Shown here one piece after another: positions 53,804 to 62,689 of a DNA stretch of 64,000 nucleotides. The translations under genes were made by a program, and so were the position numbers. The stretch spans positions 9,223 to 73,222 of the forward strand of contig JAFZUW010000013.1 of NCBI GenBank assembly GCA_017618195.1. The letters are read 5' to 3'. Under the pieces are notes generated by a model. The model had not been told where the DNA came from and made no database searches. It saw only the letters and a list, made by a program, of their open reading frames with translations. This DNA comes from Lachnospiraceae bacterium. Lineage in GTDB: Bacteria > Bacillota > Clostridia > Lachnospirales > Lachnospiraceae. Numbering within the stretch: position 1 is the stretch's first letter; each line of letters begins with the position of its first letter.

Positions 53804-54466
53804 ATGTCAGAATATATTGACGAAATCAAAAGCCTGATGGGTCAGGCTGATTCCCTGAGCAGCACGACGCCCGCCCAGATCATTGCCTGCCTCACTTATA
53901 CGATGCTTTGCGCCGCAATCATCTATTGCATCTACCGCTTCTTCTACCGCGGCGCCTGCTACAGTGAAAACTTTGCCGTGCTCCTTGTTCTTGTTACGCT
54001 TATCACGGCGATGATCATTCTGACCATCAGCTCAAGCGTCGGACTTGCGCTCGGCACGATCGGCGCGTTGAGCATTATCCGCTTCCGTTCCGCTATCAAG
54101 GATCCGCTTGACGTCGGATTCCTGTTCTGGGCGGTTGTTGCCGGACTGACTACCGGTGCGGGCATGGTTCCGTTCGCGGTAATCGGTTCCGTCTTCATTG
54201 CCGTCGTTTATATTCTGCTGACCTTCCTGCGCACCTCGCGGGGCACGTATCTGCTTGTGATCCGCTACACGGATGAAGCTTCCGACGAGGTAATGCGCAT
54301 CGTTACTTCGCTGAAGGGACGTTTAAAGAACAAGTCCCTCTACAAGGAAGAGACCGAGCTTACCGTTCAGATCCGCTTCCGCGGTACGGATACGCCGTTC
54401 ATGAAGGAACTGACGGACCTTTCGGGCGTGAACAGCGCGGTTTTAGTGGAATTTACCGGCGAATAA
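53804..54466 (+). CDS. DUF4956-family membrane protein
   Basis: Three or four TM helices with LSIIRFRSAIKDPLDVGFLFWAVVAGLTTG. RBS AAGGAG. It lies 11 nt after the VTC gene. Confidence 0.7.
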   Translation: MSEYIDEIKSLMGQADSLSSTTPAQIIACLTYTMLCAAIIYCIYRFFYRGACYSENFAVLLVLVTLITAMIILTISSSVGLALGTIGALSIIRFRSAIKDPLDVGFLFWAVVAGLTTGAGMVPFAVIGSVFIAVVYILLTFLRTSRGTYLLVIRYTDEASDEVMRIVTSLKGRLKNKSLYKEETELTVQIRFRGTDTPFMKELTDLSGVNSAVLVEFTGE

Positions 54467-54508
54467 ACCGTTCTTTTTCAAACATATCTTATATTGGGGG
54501 AGATACAC

Positions 54509-56917
54509 ATGGAAAAAGGAAAATCAAACAAAATACCTTTGTTTCTGGCCCTGGGGCTTTTCGCCCTGCTTGCCGTGATCATCGTTCTTGCGAAGAGAAG
54601 CGGAGAGGGTCCCGCGGCTCCGACCGTAGCGCCTCTTCCGGAGCCTACCGCCGCCGTTCCGCCGTCGCCGCATACGCAGACGCCTGACTACACGGGCGAC
54701 AATTTCACTTTCACGGACGACATGGGCGATATCGTTCTTTCGCACAACAGCTACTTCTATTCGGAAAATATCACGTTAAAGATTTATTCCCGAAAAGCCG
54801 GAACAATCTGTTACACGACGGACGGCTCCTGTCCGACCGCCAAATCGACCGTCTATTCCGCCGAGTCGGGTATTTCCCTGATTGCATCACGCGGGGACGA
54901 TCCGAAAGTATACTGCGTTCATGCCAAAATTTTTTATGAAGACGGTACGGAATCCGACGAGATCGTTCACACCTATCTTCTCGGTAAAAACGTAAACAAG
55001 CGGTATGATAATCTTCTGATCTTCTGTATCAGCGGCGAGCCGAAAGACCTGACGGCGTCTCCGGACGGAATCTTCTTCGGACTGAACTACGAGCAGCGCG
55101 GCAAGGCAAGCGAGCGTCCGGTTTATGTGGAAGTACTGAACCGCGCGGGATCATTGATCAACGCCCAGAAGCTCGGTGTCCGCATCAACGGCGGATACAA
55201 CCGACAGAATTCCCAAAAATCCATGAAATTCTTTGCCCGGAAGAAGTATTCTCCCGATTCCGGCAACGCATACCTGAACTGCTTTGACCTTTTAAGCGAA
55301 GACGGTACACAGATCGTACGCTATGACAAATTCGTGCTCCGCGCGGGCGGCAACGACTTCCGCTTTGCGTTCTGCCGTGACGAGCTCAATATGATGCTCG
55401 CGAAGGATGCCGGATTTGACGATTATGAGCCGGTATTCCCGGCAATCGCTTACATGAACGGTTCCTATTTCGGCTTTTACTGGGTACACGGCTCCTACTG
55501 CGACGAGTTCTTCAAGCGCCGTTACGGTCCGTCTCCCGCAGAGCAGGCCGCAAAGGACGAAAACTTCAGCGAAGGTGAATTTGTCATCATCAAAGGCACC
55601 GACACGAAGAAGAAGCCGGACGACGATGCCGATCCGATCGAGGAACAGCTTGTTGAAGAGTTTAACGCCGCTTATGCGAAGTTTGCTTCGAAGGATCTGA
55701 CCAAGAACTCCGAATACCAGGCACTTCAGAAGTTCATGGATGTCGAGAACTATCTCGACTATATGGCATATAACATCTATCTGTGCAACAAAGACTGGCC
55801 GCACAACAACGTCACGTGCTACCGCTACGTTCCCGCCGAAGGCGAGAGTTACGGCGAAGGCGTATACGACGGCCGCTGGCGCCACCTGCTGCACGACATC
55901 GACTATACGCTCGGCCTGTACGGTCAGGACGAGGTAATGAACTCCTACGATACGTTAAAGCACGTTATGACGATTGACGGAGACCGCCATTCCGACCTGT
56001 TTGAGGCCTTGATGGAGCGTGCCGACTGCCGTGAATACTTCATCAAAAAATCTTTGGATTACGGTGCCGGAGCACTTTCCTATTCGTCCGTCGTATCGAA
56101 GCTCAACATGATCACCAAGAACCGTTCGGGTGAGATGCCGTATTATTACGATTATCTCGTTTCCTTAAACGGACCGGACGTTTCGTGGGTAAATGTAAAC
56201 CAGCTTGAGGGCAATCTCGAAACCATTCTCGATTTTGCCGAGCGGAGAGCGGACCGTTCCGCGACCTACCTGAAATACGGCTTCAACCTTTCCGGAAGCC
56301 GCTACAATCTTCTGATCAAGAACCCCGATGGCGCACGCATTCAGGTCAACAGCTATAAGACCAAGGACGGCGGTGATTTCGCCGGAATCTACTTTACCGA
56401 TTATGCAACCGACGTTTCGGCGGAATTCGTAAGCGGCAAGGCATTTGACTACTGGGAGGTAAACGGAAAGCGCGTCGACAGTAAGACCCTTAAGATTACC
56501 TCAAAGGACGTTTCGGACGGCGCCGTCAATATCGTCCTTCACATCAAAGACGCTCCGCTTGATCACCTTACCATCGCTTCCTTCTGCGCGAAGGACGGGG
56601 ATTACATTACGATTGAGAACCTTACGGGCGCCAAAGCGGACCTGACCGGCTATGTTCTTTCGGACGGCACTTATGAGTATCCGTTTGAATCCGGCGACAG
56701 TATCGGCGCAGGCGAAAGCATTACCGTATTCGGAGAGAACGCCGCCGCACCCGAAGGATCTCGGAAAGCAATCTTCAAGCTTTCCGAAGGCGACGTGATC
56801 ACTTTAAAGAATGCTTCGGGCCAGACGGTTGATTCCGTCACGGTTCCGAATGCGCACTCCGGATTCATTTTCAAACGGAATCCTTTCACGGGACGGTTTG
56901 AAGAGGTTCAGCCCTAG
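54509..56917 (+). CDS. Membrane-anchored CotH-family (atypical kinase fold) protein with a C-terminal lamin-tail domain
   Basis: N-terminal TM helix. CotH-type motifs are VLRAGGNDF, NKDWPHNN and RWRHLLHDIDYTLG. The C-terminal ITIENLTGAKADLTGYVLSDG is LTD-like. The start is trimmed to MEKGKSNK, preceded by GGGGGAG. Confidence 0.8.
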   Translation: MEKGKSNKIPLFLALGLFALLAVIIVLAKRSGEGPAAPTVAPLPEPTAAVPPSPHTQTPDYTGDNFTFTDDMGDIVLSHNSYFYSENITLKIYSRKAGTICYTTDGSCPTAKSTVYSAESGISLIASRGDDPKVYCVHAKIFYEDGTESDEIVHTYLLGKNVNKRYDNLLIFCISGEPKDLTASPDGIFFGLNYEQRGKASERPVYVEVLNRAGSLINAQKLGVRINGGYNRQNSQKSMKFFARKKYSPDSGNAYLNCFDLLSEDGTQIVRYDKFVLRAGGNDFRFAFCRDELNMMLAKDAGFDDYEPVFPAIAYMNGSYFGFYWVHGSYCDEFFKRRYGPSPAEQAAKDENFSEGEFVIIKGTDTKKKPDDDADPIEEQLVEEFNAAYAKFASKDLTKNSEYQALQKFMDVENYLDYMAYNIYLCNKDWPHNNVTCYRYVPAEGESYGEGVYDGRWRHLLHDIDYTLGLYGQDEVMNSYDTLKHVMTIDGDRHSDLFEALMERADCREYFIKKSLDYGAGALSYSSVVSKLNMITKNRSGEMPYYYDYLVSLNGPDVSWVNVNQLEGNLETILDFAERRADRSATYLKYGFNLSGSRYNLLIKNPDGARIQVNSYKTKDGGDFAGIYFTDYATDVSAEFVSGKAFDYWEVNGKRVDSKTLKITSKDVSDGAVNIVLHIKDAPLDHLTIASFCAKDGDYITIENLTGAKADLTGYVLSDGTYEYPFESGDSIGAGESITVFGENAAAPEGSRKAIFKLSEGDVITLKNASGQTVDSVTVPNAHSGFIFKRNPFTGRFEEVQP

Positions 56918-56950
56918 AACAACAGAAGGGCTTTTTCCCGGAAATGAATA

Positions 56951-56980
56951 AGGGCAGCCATTTCGGCTGCCCTTTGTTAT
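56951..56980 (+). terminator. Rho-independent terminator after cotH-like gene
   Basis: AGGGCAGCC-atttc-GGCTGCCCT followed by TTGTTATT. Confidence 0.75.
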
Positions 56981-57008
56981 TACGTTATTAAGTTGAATCC
57001 GCCGGTTC

Positions 57009-58049
57009 CTACTGCGCTACGGCGTTATCGAAGATTACCTTCAATGCAAGATCATAAAGCATGCTCTTACGGATTCTTTCGGCGGTATAATCCTGCTCGA
57101 ACTTAGCCTTATCCGTATATCCGTAACGGGACATGTAAACCTCGATCATCGAGTTGTAATTCTCTTCGGTAAGCGAAATCTTTTCCTTCGAAATGATTTC
57201 TTCAAGAACGATCTCCTGCTTAACGGTATCCTCCGCGGAAGCCTTCATCTCCGCGTAAAACTCCTGCAGGCTCTTGGTATATCCGCTTTCCTTTACGTAA
57301 TCCTCAAGCGACATATTGTTCTGTGATGCAAGCGAGTTGTAGTACTTGAGAAGATCCTGATAGCATTCGTCAACCTTTTTCTCATCAAGCTTGTCAAACG
57401 TTGTGGATGCAACAATCTTATCAAGCAGTTCACCCTTCACTTCGGTTTTGAACGATGCTTCTCTCGATGCCAGAATGTATTCCTTCGCATAATCCTTATA
57501 TGCCTGAATGGTCGTAATCTTTCCGTCGGTATAATCGCTGATCAGGCTGTCGGTCAGCTCGGGAAGGACTTTCTTCTCGATCGCATTGATCTTAACAGTA
57601 AATACGACTTTCTTGCCGGCATATTCCGGATAATACTGCTCGGGGAAAGTAAGATTCAGCGTAACCGTATCGCCGACTCTTGCTCCGATCAGACCGTCCT
57701 CGAATCCGGGAATAAACTGGTTCGCACCGATCTCAAGATGCGTTCCCTTTGCGGTTCCGCCGCTGAACGGCTCGGTCTGTCCGTCAAGGATGCCGGAATA
57801 ATCGATGTTAACGACATCGCCCTTCTGTACGGGAGTTTCTTTACGCTCTTCTAACGTTTCGTACTTCAGGTAGCTGTTCTGAAGACTTGCAAGGAGCGAT
57901 TCCATATCCTCTTCCGTTACTTCAATCGTCTTATTTGTGTACGTGAGCCCCTTGTACTCTCCGAGTTTGAACCTGCTCTTTTCTTTGCAGGCGGTAAGTC
58001 CGACGATCATAAGGCCGGCGATCAATAACATAAGTAATCTCTTCTTCAT
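57009..58049 (-). CDS. Lipoprotein with trigger-factor-like FKBP PPIase and C-terminal chaperone domains
   Basis: Lipobox VGLTACKEK. The FKBP region is VQKGDVVNIDYSGILDG...FIPGFEDGLIGARVGD. A trigger-factor C-domain-like helical tail follows. The start is trimmed to MKKRLLMLL, preceded by GGAGGAAC. Confidence 0.75.
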   Translation of the reverse strand: MKKRLLMLLIAGLMIVGLTACKEKSRFKLGEYKGLTYTNKTIEVTEEDMESLLASLQNSYLKYETLEERKETPVQKGDVVNIDYSGILDGQTEPFSGGTAKGTHLEIGANQFIPGFEDGLIGARVGDTVTLNLTFPEQYYPEYAGKKVVFTVKINAIEKKVLPELTDSLISDYTDGKITTIQAYKDYAKEYILASREASFKTEVKGELLDKIVASTTFDKLDEKKVDECYQDLLKYYNSLASQNNMSLEDYVKESGYTKSLQEFYAEMKASAEDTVKQEIVLEEIISKEKISLTEENYNSMIEVYMSRYGYTDKAKFEQDYTAERIRKSMLYDLALKVIFDNAVAQ

Positions 58050-58069
58050 GGTTCCTCCGGGACGACTTA

Positions 58070-59329
58070 TCATCCCTTTCCTTTCTCTTTCATCTTTTCT
58101 TTCAATCTATCGTGAATGCGATACATTTCGTTGGGAATACCGCTCCCGATGCTCTTCAGATAGAATATCGTTGCGCTGCAGACTGCTTCCGCTCCCGCTG
58201 TGCCGTCCTCAAGCGACATGTTCCGAATGACCGGCAGCGGCGGGGTCGGTATGTGGTCACGGAACGGTTCCGTGAAGTCGGCAATGAAAACCGCCGTCTC
58301 TATCGGGTGTTCCGCCATGTCAACCGATCCGTCACAATGGTTTCCGATGGCCCGAAGCATCTCCGCATCGCGGATTTTGTAACGCTCTCTCGCAAGAATG
58401 CGTCCTGCGGGTCCGTGATGGATGCCCTTGATCGGAAGCACCTCTTCACTGAGACGCACCCTGTGCTTCTTCAGATAAGCTTCCGTTTCCTGCTCGCCCA
58501 TACTCTTCGCACAGTCGTGCAGAAGACCGGCAATCAAAGTCTTGCGGACAAGCTGCTTCTCCTGCGCAGTACCCTTCAGCCCTTCCTTTTCAAGCCACTC
58601 CGACATCAATTCCGCCGACCAGAACGCCACACCCTTTGAATGGTTTAGCCGGTGCGCGCTGATCGTTCCGGAAAGCTTCTCCGTGAGTTCCTCATAGCGT
58701 TTCCACGTGTCTCGGCGGATTGCATACGGTTTGCATCCGTACAGTCCGAAACGGCGGATGTACGTGTCGGTCCGCTCCGCCAACGCGGGATGCGGTCCCT
58801 GCGCCTTTGCGATCTCACTGCGGATATCCGTCGAGGAAACATCCCGAAACGGAATGGAAAGCGCCTTGAAAACGCCGCCGAACTCTTCGTTTCTTTTCGC
58901 AAGCAGCTCCTGAAAATGCGACTCGTCCGAGCTTCTTACCGCAACCAGTATGGTCGCAAGCGAAGCGATCGTCTTCGGCTCGTGCCAGGTAACGAAATCC
59001 TTCAGCGAGTCTTCCCCGATGATATAGTATAACGTATCGCCGGGATGTCTCTCATGAAGAAGCGTAAGCGTATCGGATGTATAGGAAACCCCTTCGCGTT
59101 CGAATTCCGTAAGGTCGAGCTCAATCCCTTCTCCTACGGGAAGCGCCAGAGTGATCATCATCAGGCGGTGGACGTCTTCCGTAACGGCTTTGGTCTGTTT
59201 GTGAGGAGGAATCCGTGCCGGCATGATCCGGACCATATCGAGTCCGAACTGTTCCTTTGCCGCCCGGGCGATTGCGATATGCCCGAGGTGGATCGGATCG
59301 AAGGTTCCTCCGAATATGCCTACTTTCAT
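58070..59329 (-). CDS. nadD: Fusion: nicotinate-nucleotide adenylyltransferase (NadD) + HD-domain YqeK-like phosphohydrolase
   Basis: The N-terminal part has GIFGGTFDPIHLGH and ISSTDIR-like VSSTDIR. The C-terminal part has HSKGV...LLHDCAK HD motifs. The start is trimmed to MKVGIFGG, preceded by GGGGAGGAG. Confidence 0.85.
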   Translation of the reverse strand: MKVGIFGGTFDPIHLGHIAIARAAKEQFGLDMVRIMPARIPPHKQTKAVTEDVHRLMMITLALPVGEGIELDLTEFEREGVSYTSDTLTLLHERHPGDTLYYIIGEDSLKDFVTWHEPKTIASLATILVAVRSSDESHFQELLAKRNEEFGGVFKALSIPFRDVSSTDIRSEIAKAQGPHPALAERTDTYIRRFGLYGCKPYAIRRDTWKRYEELTEKLSGTISAHRLNHSKGVAFWSAELMSEWLEKEGLKGTAQEKQLVRKTLIAGLLHDCAKSMGEQETEAYLKKHRVRLSEEVLPIKGIHHGPAGRILARERYKIRDAEMLRAIGNHCDGSVDMAEHPIETAVFIADFTEPFRDHIPTPPLPVIRNMSLEDGTAGAEAVCSATIFYLKSIGSGIPNEMYRIHDRLKEKMKEKGKG

Positions 59330-59363
59330 GTCTCCTCCCCGAAAAGTTCCAGTATACTGCACC

Positions 59364-59372
59364 ATTATATCA
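59364..59372 (-). promoter_or_regulatory. Extended -10 element upstream of nadD-yqeK
   Basis: TGaTATAAT on the minus strand. Confidence 0.45.
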
Positions 59373-59373
59373 C

Positions 59374-59402
59374 TTGACAAAGGATTTTTCTACTATTATT
59401 AT
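59374..59402 (+). promoter_or_regulatory. Promoter of the MATE transporter gene
   Basis: TTGACA, 17 nt, TATTAT on the plus strand. Confidence 0.55.
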
Positions 59403-59499
59403 AAGTCCGTTTGATGAGCAAAGAAATAACGGAAACAAGGACTGTTCCGCTCTCCCGCGGAACGCTTCCCATGCGCACGGCGCATAAAAGGAATAAAAC

Positions 59500-60903
59500 A
59501 TGAGTGATACGTTAAAAGAAAACAAAATGGGCATCATGCCCGTCAACAGGCTGCTTGTCGGCATGGCGGTTCCGATGGTTCTCTCCATGCTGATGCAGGC
59601 ACTTTACAACGTTGTCGACAGCATCTTCGTCGGCCGTTTCGACCAGAATGCCCTCTCGGCGGTAACGATGGCATTTCCCGCACAGACCTTGATGATTGCG
59701 CTTGCCGCAGGTACCGGCGTCGGCGTAAACGCGCTGCTTTCCTACAGTCTCGGCAAGAAGGATTACGCCTCCGCCAACAAAGCGGCCACGCACGGCATAT
59801 TCCTCTCCCTCTGCTCCGCGTTACTTTTCTGCATTCTCGGTCTGACGCTTGCGGAATCGTTCTACCGCTGGCAGATTTCCGCAAAGGAATGGCGCGAGAA
59901 CCCCGAAACATGCCGGCAGATCATCCGCTACGGTAAAGATTACTTATCAATAGTCACCGTATTCAGCCTCGGTATCTATCAGCAGGTAACGCTCGAACGT
60001 CTTCTGCAGTCTACCGGCAAGACGTTTTACGCGATGATCACGCAGACGACCGGCGCGGTCCTGAATATTTTCCTCGATTACATCCTCGTATTCGGTAAGC
60101 TCGGATTTGCACCGATGGGTGCAAAGGGTGCCGCAATCGCTACCGTAATCGGACAGTGGACCGCAATGATTTTCGCATTGATCTTAAATGTCTGCAAAAA
60201 CAAGGAAATCAGCCTCTCCTTCCGCGGCTTCCGCATTGACTGGGCGGTTATCCGCACAATCTTCCGCGTCGGTCTGCCGAGCATTATCATGCAGGCGATC
60301 TCGTCGGTTGTCACATTTGTCCTCAACAAGCTGTTAAACGGCTTCTCACAGGTTGCGGTCAACGCGTTCGGAATCTATTTCAAGCTGCAGAGCTTCATCT
60401 TCATGCCTGTTTTCGGCGTGAACAACGGTATGGTTCCGATCATTGCCTACAACTACGGTGCGCGACACAAAAAGCGTATCCTTGATACGATGAAACTGAG
60501 TTATCTGATCGCGGGAAGCATTATGGCGGTCGGAACGATTGTCTTTCTCGCATTTCCGAAGCAGCTGCTGTCGCTGTTCTGTAAGCCCGAGTCGCTCGAT
60601 GATCTTGCGCGCTACGGCGTACCGTGCCTGCGGATCATCTGCGTACACTTCGTGGTCGCCGCATTTTCCATCATTACGATTTCGGTGTTCCAGGCTCTCG
60701 GAAACGGTTTCTACAGCATGATCGTCTCGCTGTGCCGCCAGCTTGTCATCCTGCTTCCGGTTGCGCTCTTTATGGGTCTTGTGATGAAGAACGTGGATCT
60801 GGTATGGCTCAGCTATCCGATCGCGGAAATCGCATCCGCCTCAATGTGCGCATATTTCCTGGCAAGAATTTATAAGAAGAATCTGAAGGATCTGCCGGAC
60901 TGA
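59500..60903 (+). CDS. MATE-family efflux transporter
   Basis: 467 aa with 12 TM helices. The N-terminus PVNRLLVGMAVPMVLSMLMQALYNVVDSIFVG is typical of MATE proteins. Confidence 0.9.
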   Translation: MSDTLKENKMGIMPVNRLLVGMAVPMVLSMLMQALYNVVDSIFVGRFDQNALSAVTMAFPAQTLMIALAAGTGVGVNALLSYSLGKKDYASANKAATHGIFLSLCSALLFCILGLTLAESFYRWQISAKEWRENPETCRQIIRYGKDYLSIVTVFSLGIYQQVTLERLLQSTGKTFYAMITQTTGAVLNIFLDYILVFGKLGFAPMGAKGAAIATVIGQWTAMIFALILNVCKNKEISLSFRGFRIDWAVIRTIFRVGLPSIIMQAISSVVTFVLNKLLNGFSQVAVNAFGIYFKLQSFIFMPVFGVNNGMVPIIAYNYGARHKKRILDTMKLSYLIAGSIMAVGTIVFLAFPKQLLSLFCKPESLDDLARYGVPCLRIICVHFVVAAFSIITISVFQALGNGFYSMIVSLCRQLVILLPVALFMGLVMKNVDLVWLSYPIAEIASASMCAYFLARIYKKNLKDLPD

Positions 60904-60907
60904 TAAA

Positions 60908-60983
60908 CAAAAAAAGAAACGCTCCCTCCGCCCGACGTACCCGGAAACCCGGGAAACATCGAAGCGGGGAGAGCGTTTTTTTG
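60908..60983. terminator. Bidirectional terminator between the MATE gene and the ABC-2 operon
   Basis: Long hairpin AAACGCTCCCTCCGC...GCGGGGAGAGCGTTT with a flanking A-run and T-run. Confidence 0.7.
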
Positions 60984-61739
60984 TTATAATTGTTTCTTTT
61001 GAATCAGGGCGATTCCGCCGGCCGTGCAGAGCGCAATGCTTACCATCACGATCACGAACGGAACCGTGAAGTCGGACGGAACCGCTCTTCCCTGCATCAA
61101 TCCGAGGCCGCCCGTCAAAGCGGTCGGAAGCTTCGGGGCGAGCTTCGGTACGAACTCCGAGAACGAACATACGAAGAACACTCCGCCGACACCCAAAAGC
61201 ACCTGCATGGCCGTATCGGCAAATGACGAGAACAGTCCGAGTATTCCGAGCAGCCAGAGGCCGTAAAGCCAGTACATTCCGACGCTTAGCGCGACATTCT
61301 TAAGTTCTCCGTTCCCCCAGTAAAAATCACTGTAAAAATAGAATACGCCGAAATACAGGGCATATCCGCCGGTCCATACGAGAGCCGCCGAAGCCATCTT
61401 CGATACGAAGATGCCCGTGCGGGACAGTCCCTTCGTTACAAGCGGGATCAGCGTATGCTTCTGATACTCGGTCGTAAAGGAGCCGGACCAGAGGATCAGG
61501 AACACGATCAGCGGGATGTCGATGTTCTTAAAGTACTGTCCCCATGCGTCCCAGATGTCGGATTCCGTCTTGTCCATCGTAAACCCGGGCATCTGGTCGG
61601 CAAACATCTCAAGGATCAGCGGGGTCAGCTTGGCCGTTACCACGCCGAGCACCGCGAAGAGAAGGAACAGAATTCCGATCACGAAAATCCTCTTGCGCCG
61701 CATATGCTCGGTCATTTCTTTTCGAAAGAATGCACTCAT
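60984..61739 (-). CDS. ABC-2-type transporter permease
   Basis: 251 aa with 6 TM helices. It overlaps the ATPase gene by 4 nt. Confidence 0.7.
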   Translation of the reverse strand: MSAFFRKEMTEHMRRKRIFVIGILFLLFAVLGVVTAKLTPLILEMFADQMPGFTMDKTESDIWDAWGQYFKNIDIPLIVFLILWSGSFTTEYQKHTLIPLVTKGLSRTGIFVSKMASAALVWTGGYALYFGVFYFYSDFYWGNGELKNVALSVGMYWLYGLWLLGILGLFSSFADTAMQVLLGVGGVFFVCSFSEFVPKLAPKLPTALTGGLGLMQGRAVPSDFTVPFVIVMVSIALCTAGGIALIQKKQL

Positions 61740-62689
61740 GCGTTGCTCACCTCCGTTTCCTTAACGGAAGCAGTTTCCTTCGTTACCGAGAGGAACAGGT
61801 CCTCAAGGGTGGCTTCCGCCCACTCCGCGCTGCGGATCGCAATATCCTTCTCCGCAACATACGCGAGCACTCTACGGAAGTCTTCACGGCTTCCCTTCCT
61901 CCACCGGAGCACGTTCTCCTGTCCGCTAATAACCTCCTCTTCGAACTTCGGAAAATGCGCCCGCAGCGCTTCCGTTTCCTCCCGTCCCGAAGCAGCTACC
62001 AGAAAATCGTTTCCGTTCTTACGCGCGTGGAGTTCCTCCATCGTTCCCGAAAGCACGATCTCTCCGTTATGAAGGATTGCCGCCCGGTCGCAGATGCGCT
62101 CCACATCCGACAGGATGTGTGTCGAGAACAATACGGTCGTCTGCACCTTTGCCGCCTGCAGGGCATCGAGGATTTCCTTCCGCCCGGTCGGATCCAGTGC
62201 CGAAGTCGGCTCGTCGCAGATTAACAGCTTCGGCTTATGGAGCAATGCCTGCGCGATTCCGAGACGCTGTTTCATTCCGCGGGAGAACCCCTTGATGCGG
62301 TGCTTCTCGTCGGCAAGCCCGACCATTTTAAGCATTTCTTCGATCCGCTGCTTACGCTCCCCTGCCGGAACTCCGGCAATCTCCGCGCAAAGCCGCAGAT
62401 ACTCTCTTGTCGTCATGTAATCATAAAACTCCGGCACGTCCGGAAGATACCCGACCATACGGTTCGTCTTTGTATTTCCGTAGGTCACCTTCTCGCCGAA
62501 CACCGTGATCACGCCCTCATCCTGCTGAAGCAGTCCGAGGATCGTCTTCATCGTTGTCGTCTTGCCGGCACCGTTCTGTCCGATAAAGCCGAATACGCTG
62601 TTCTCGGGTACGGAAAAGGAGACTCCCTTAAGAACTTCCTTTGTCCCGAATCGCTTCTTCAAGCCTTCCACCTGCAATGCGTTATTCAT
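61736..62689 (-). CDS. ABC transporter ATP-binding protein (ABC-2 / bacitracin-type)
   Basis: Walker A GQNGAGKTT, signature FSRGMKQRLGIAQAL and Walker B LICDEPTSALD. Confidence 0.9.
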   Translation of the reverse strand: MNNALQVEGLKKRFGTKEVLKGVSFSVPENSVFGFIGQNGAGKTTTMKTILGLLQQDEGVITVFGEKVTYGNTKTNRMVGYLPDVPEFYDYMTTREYLRLCAEIAGVPAGERKQRIEEMLKMVGLADEKHRIKGFSRGMKQRLGIAQALLHKPKLLICDEPTSALDPTGRKEILDALQAAKVQTTVLFSTHILSDVERICDRAAILHNGEIVLSGTMEELHARKNGNDFLVAASGREETEALRAHFPKFEEEVISGQENVLRWRKGSREDFRRVLAYVAEKDIAIRSAEWAEATLEDLFLSVTKETASVKETEVSNA

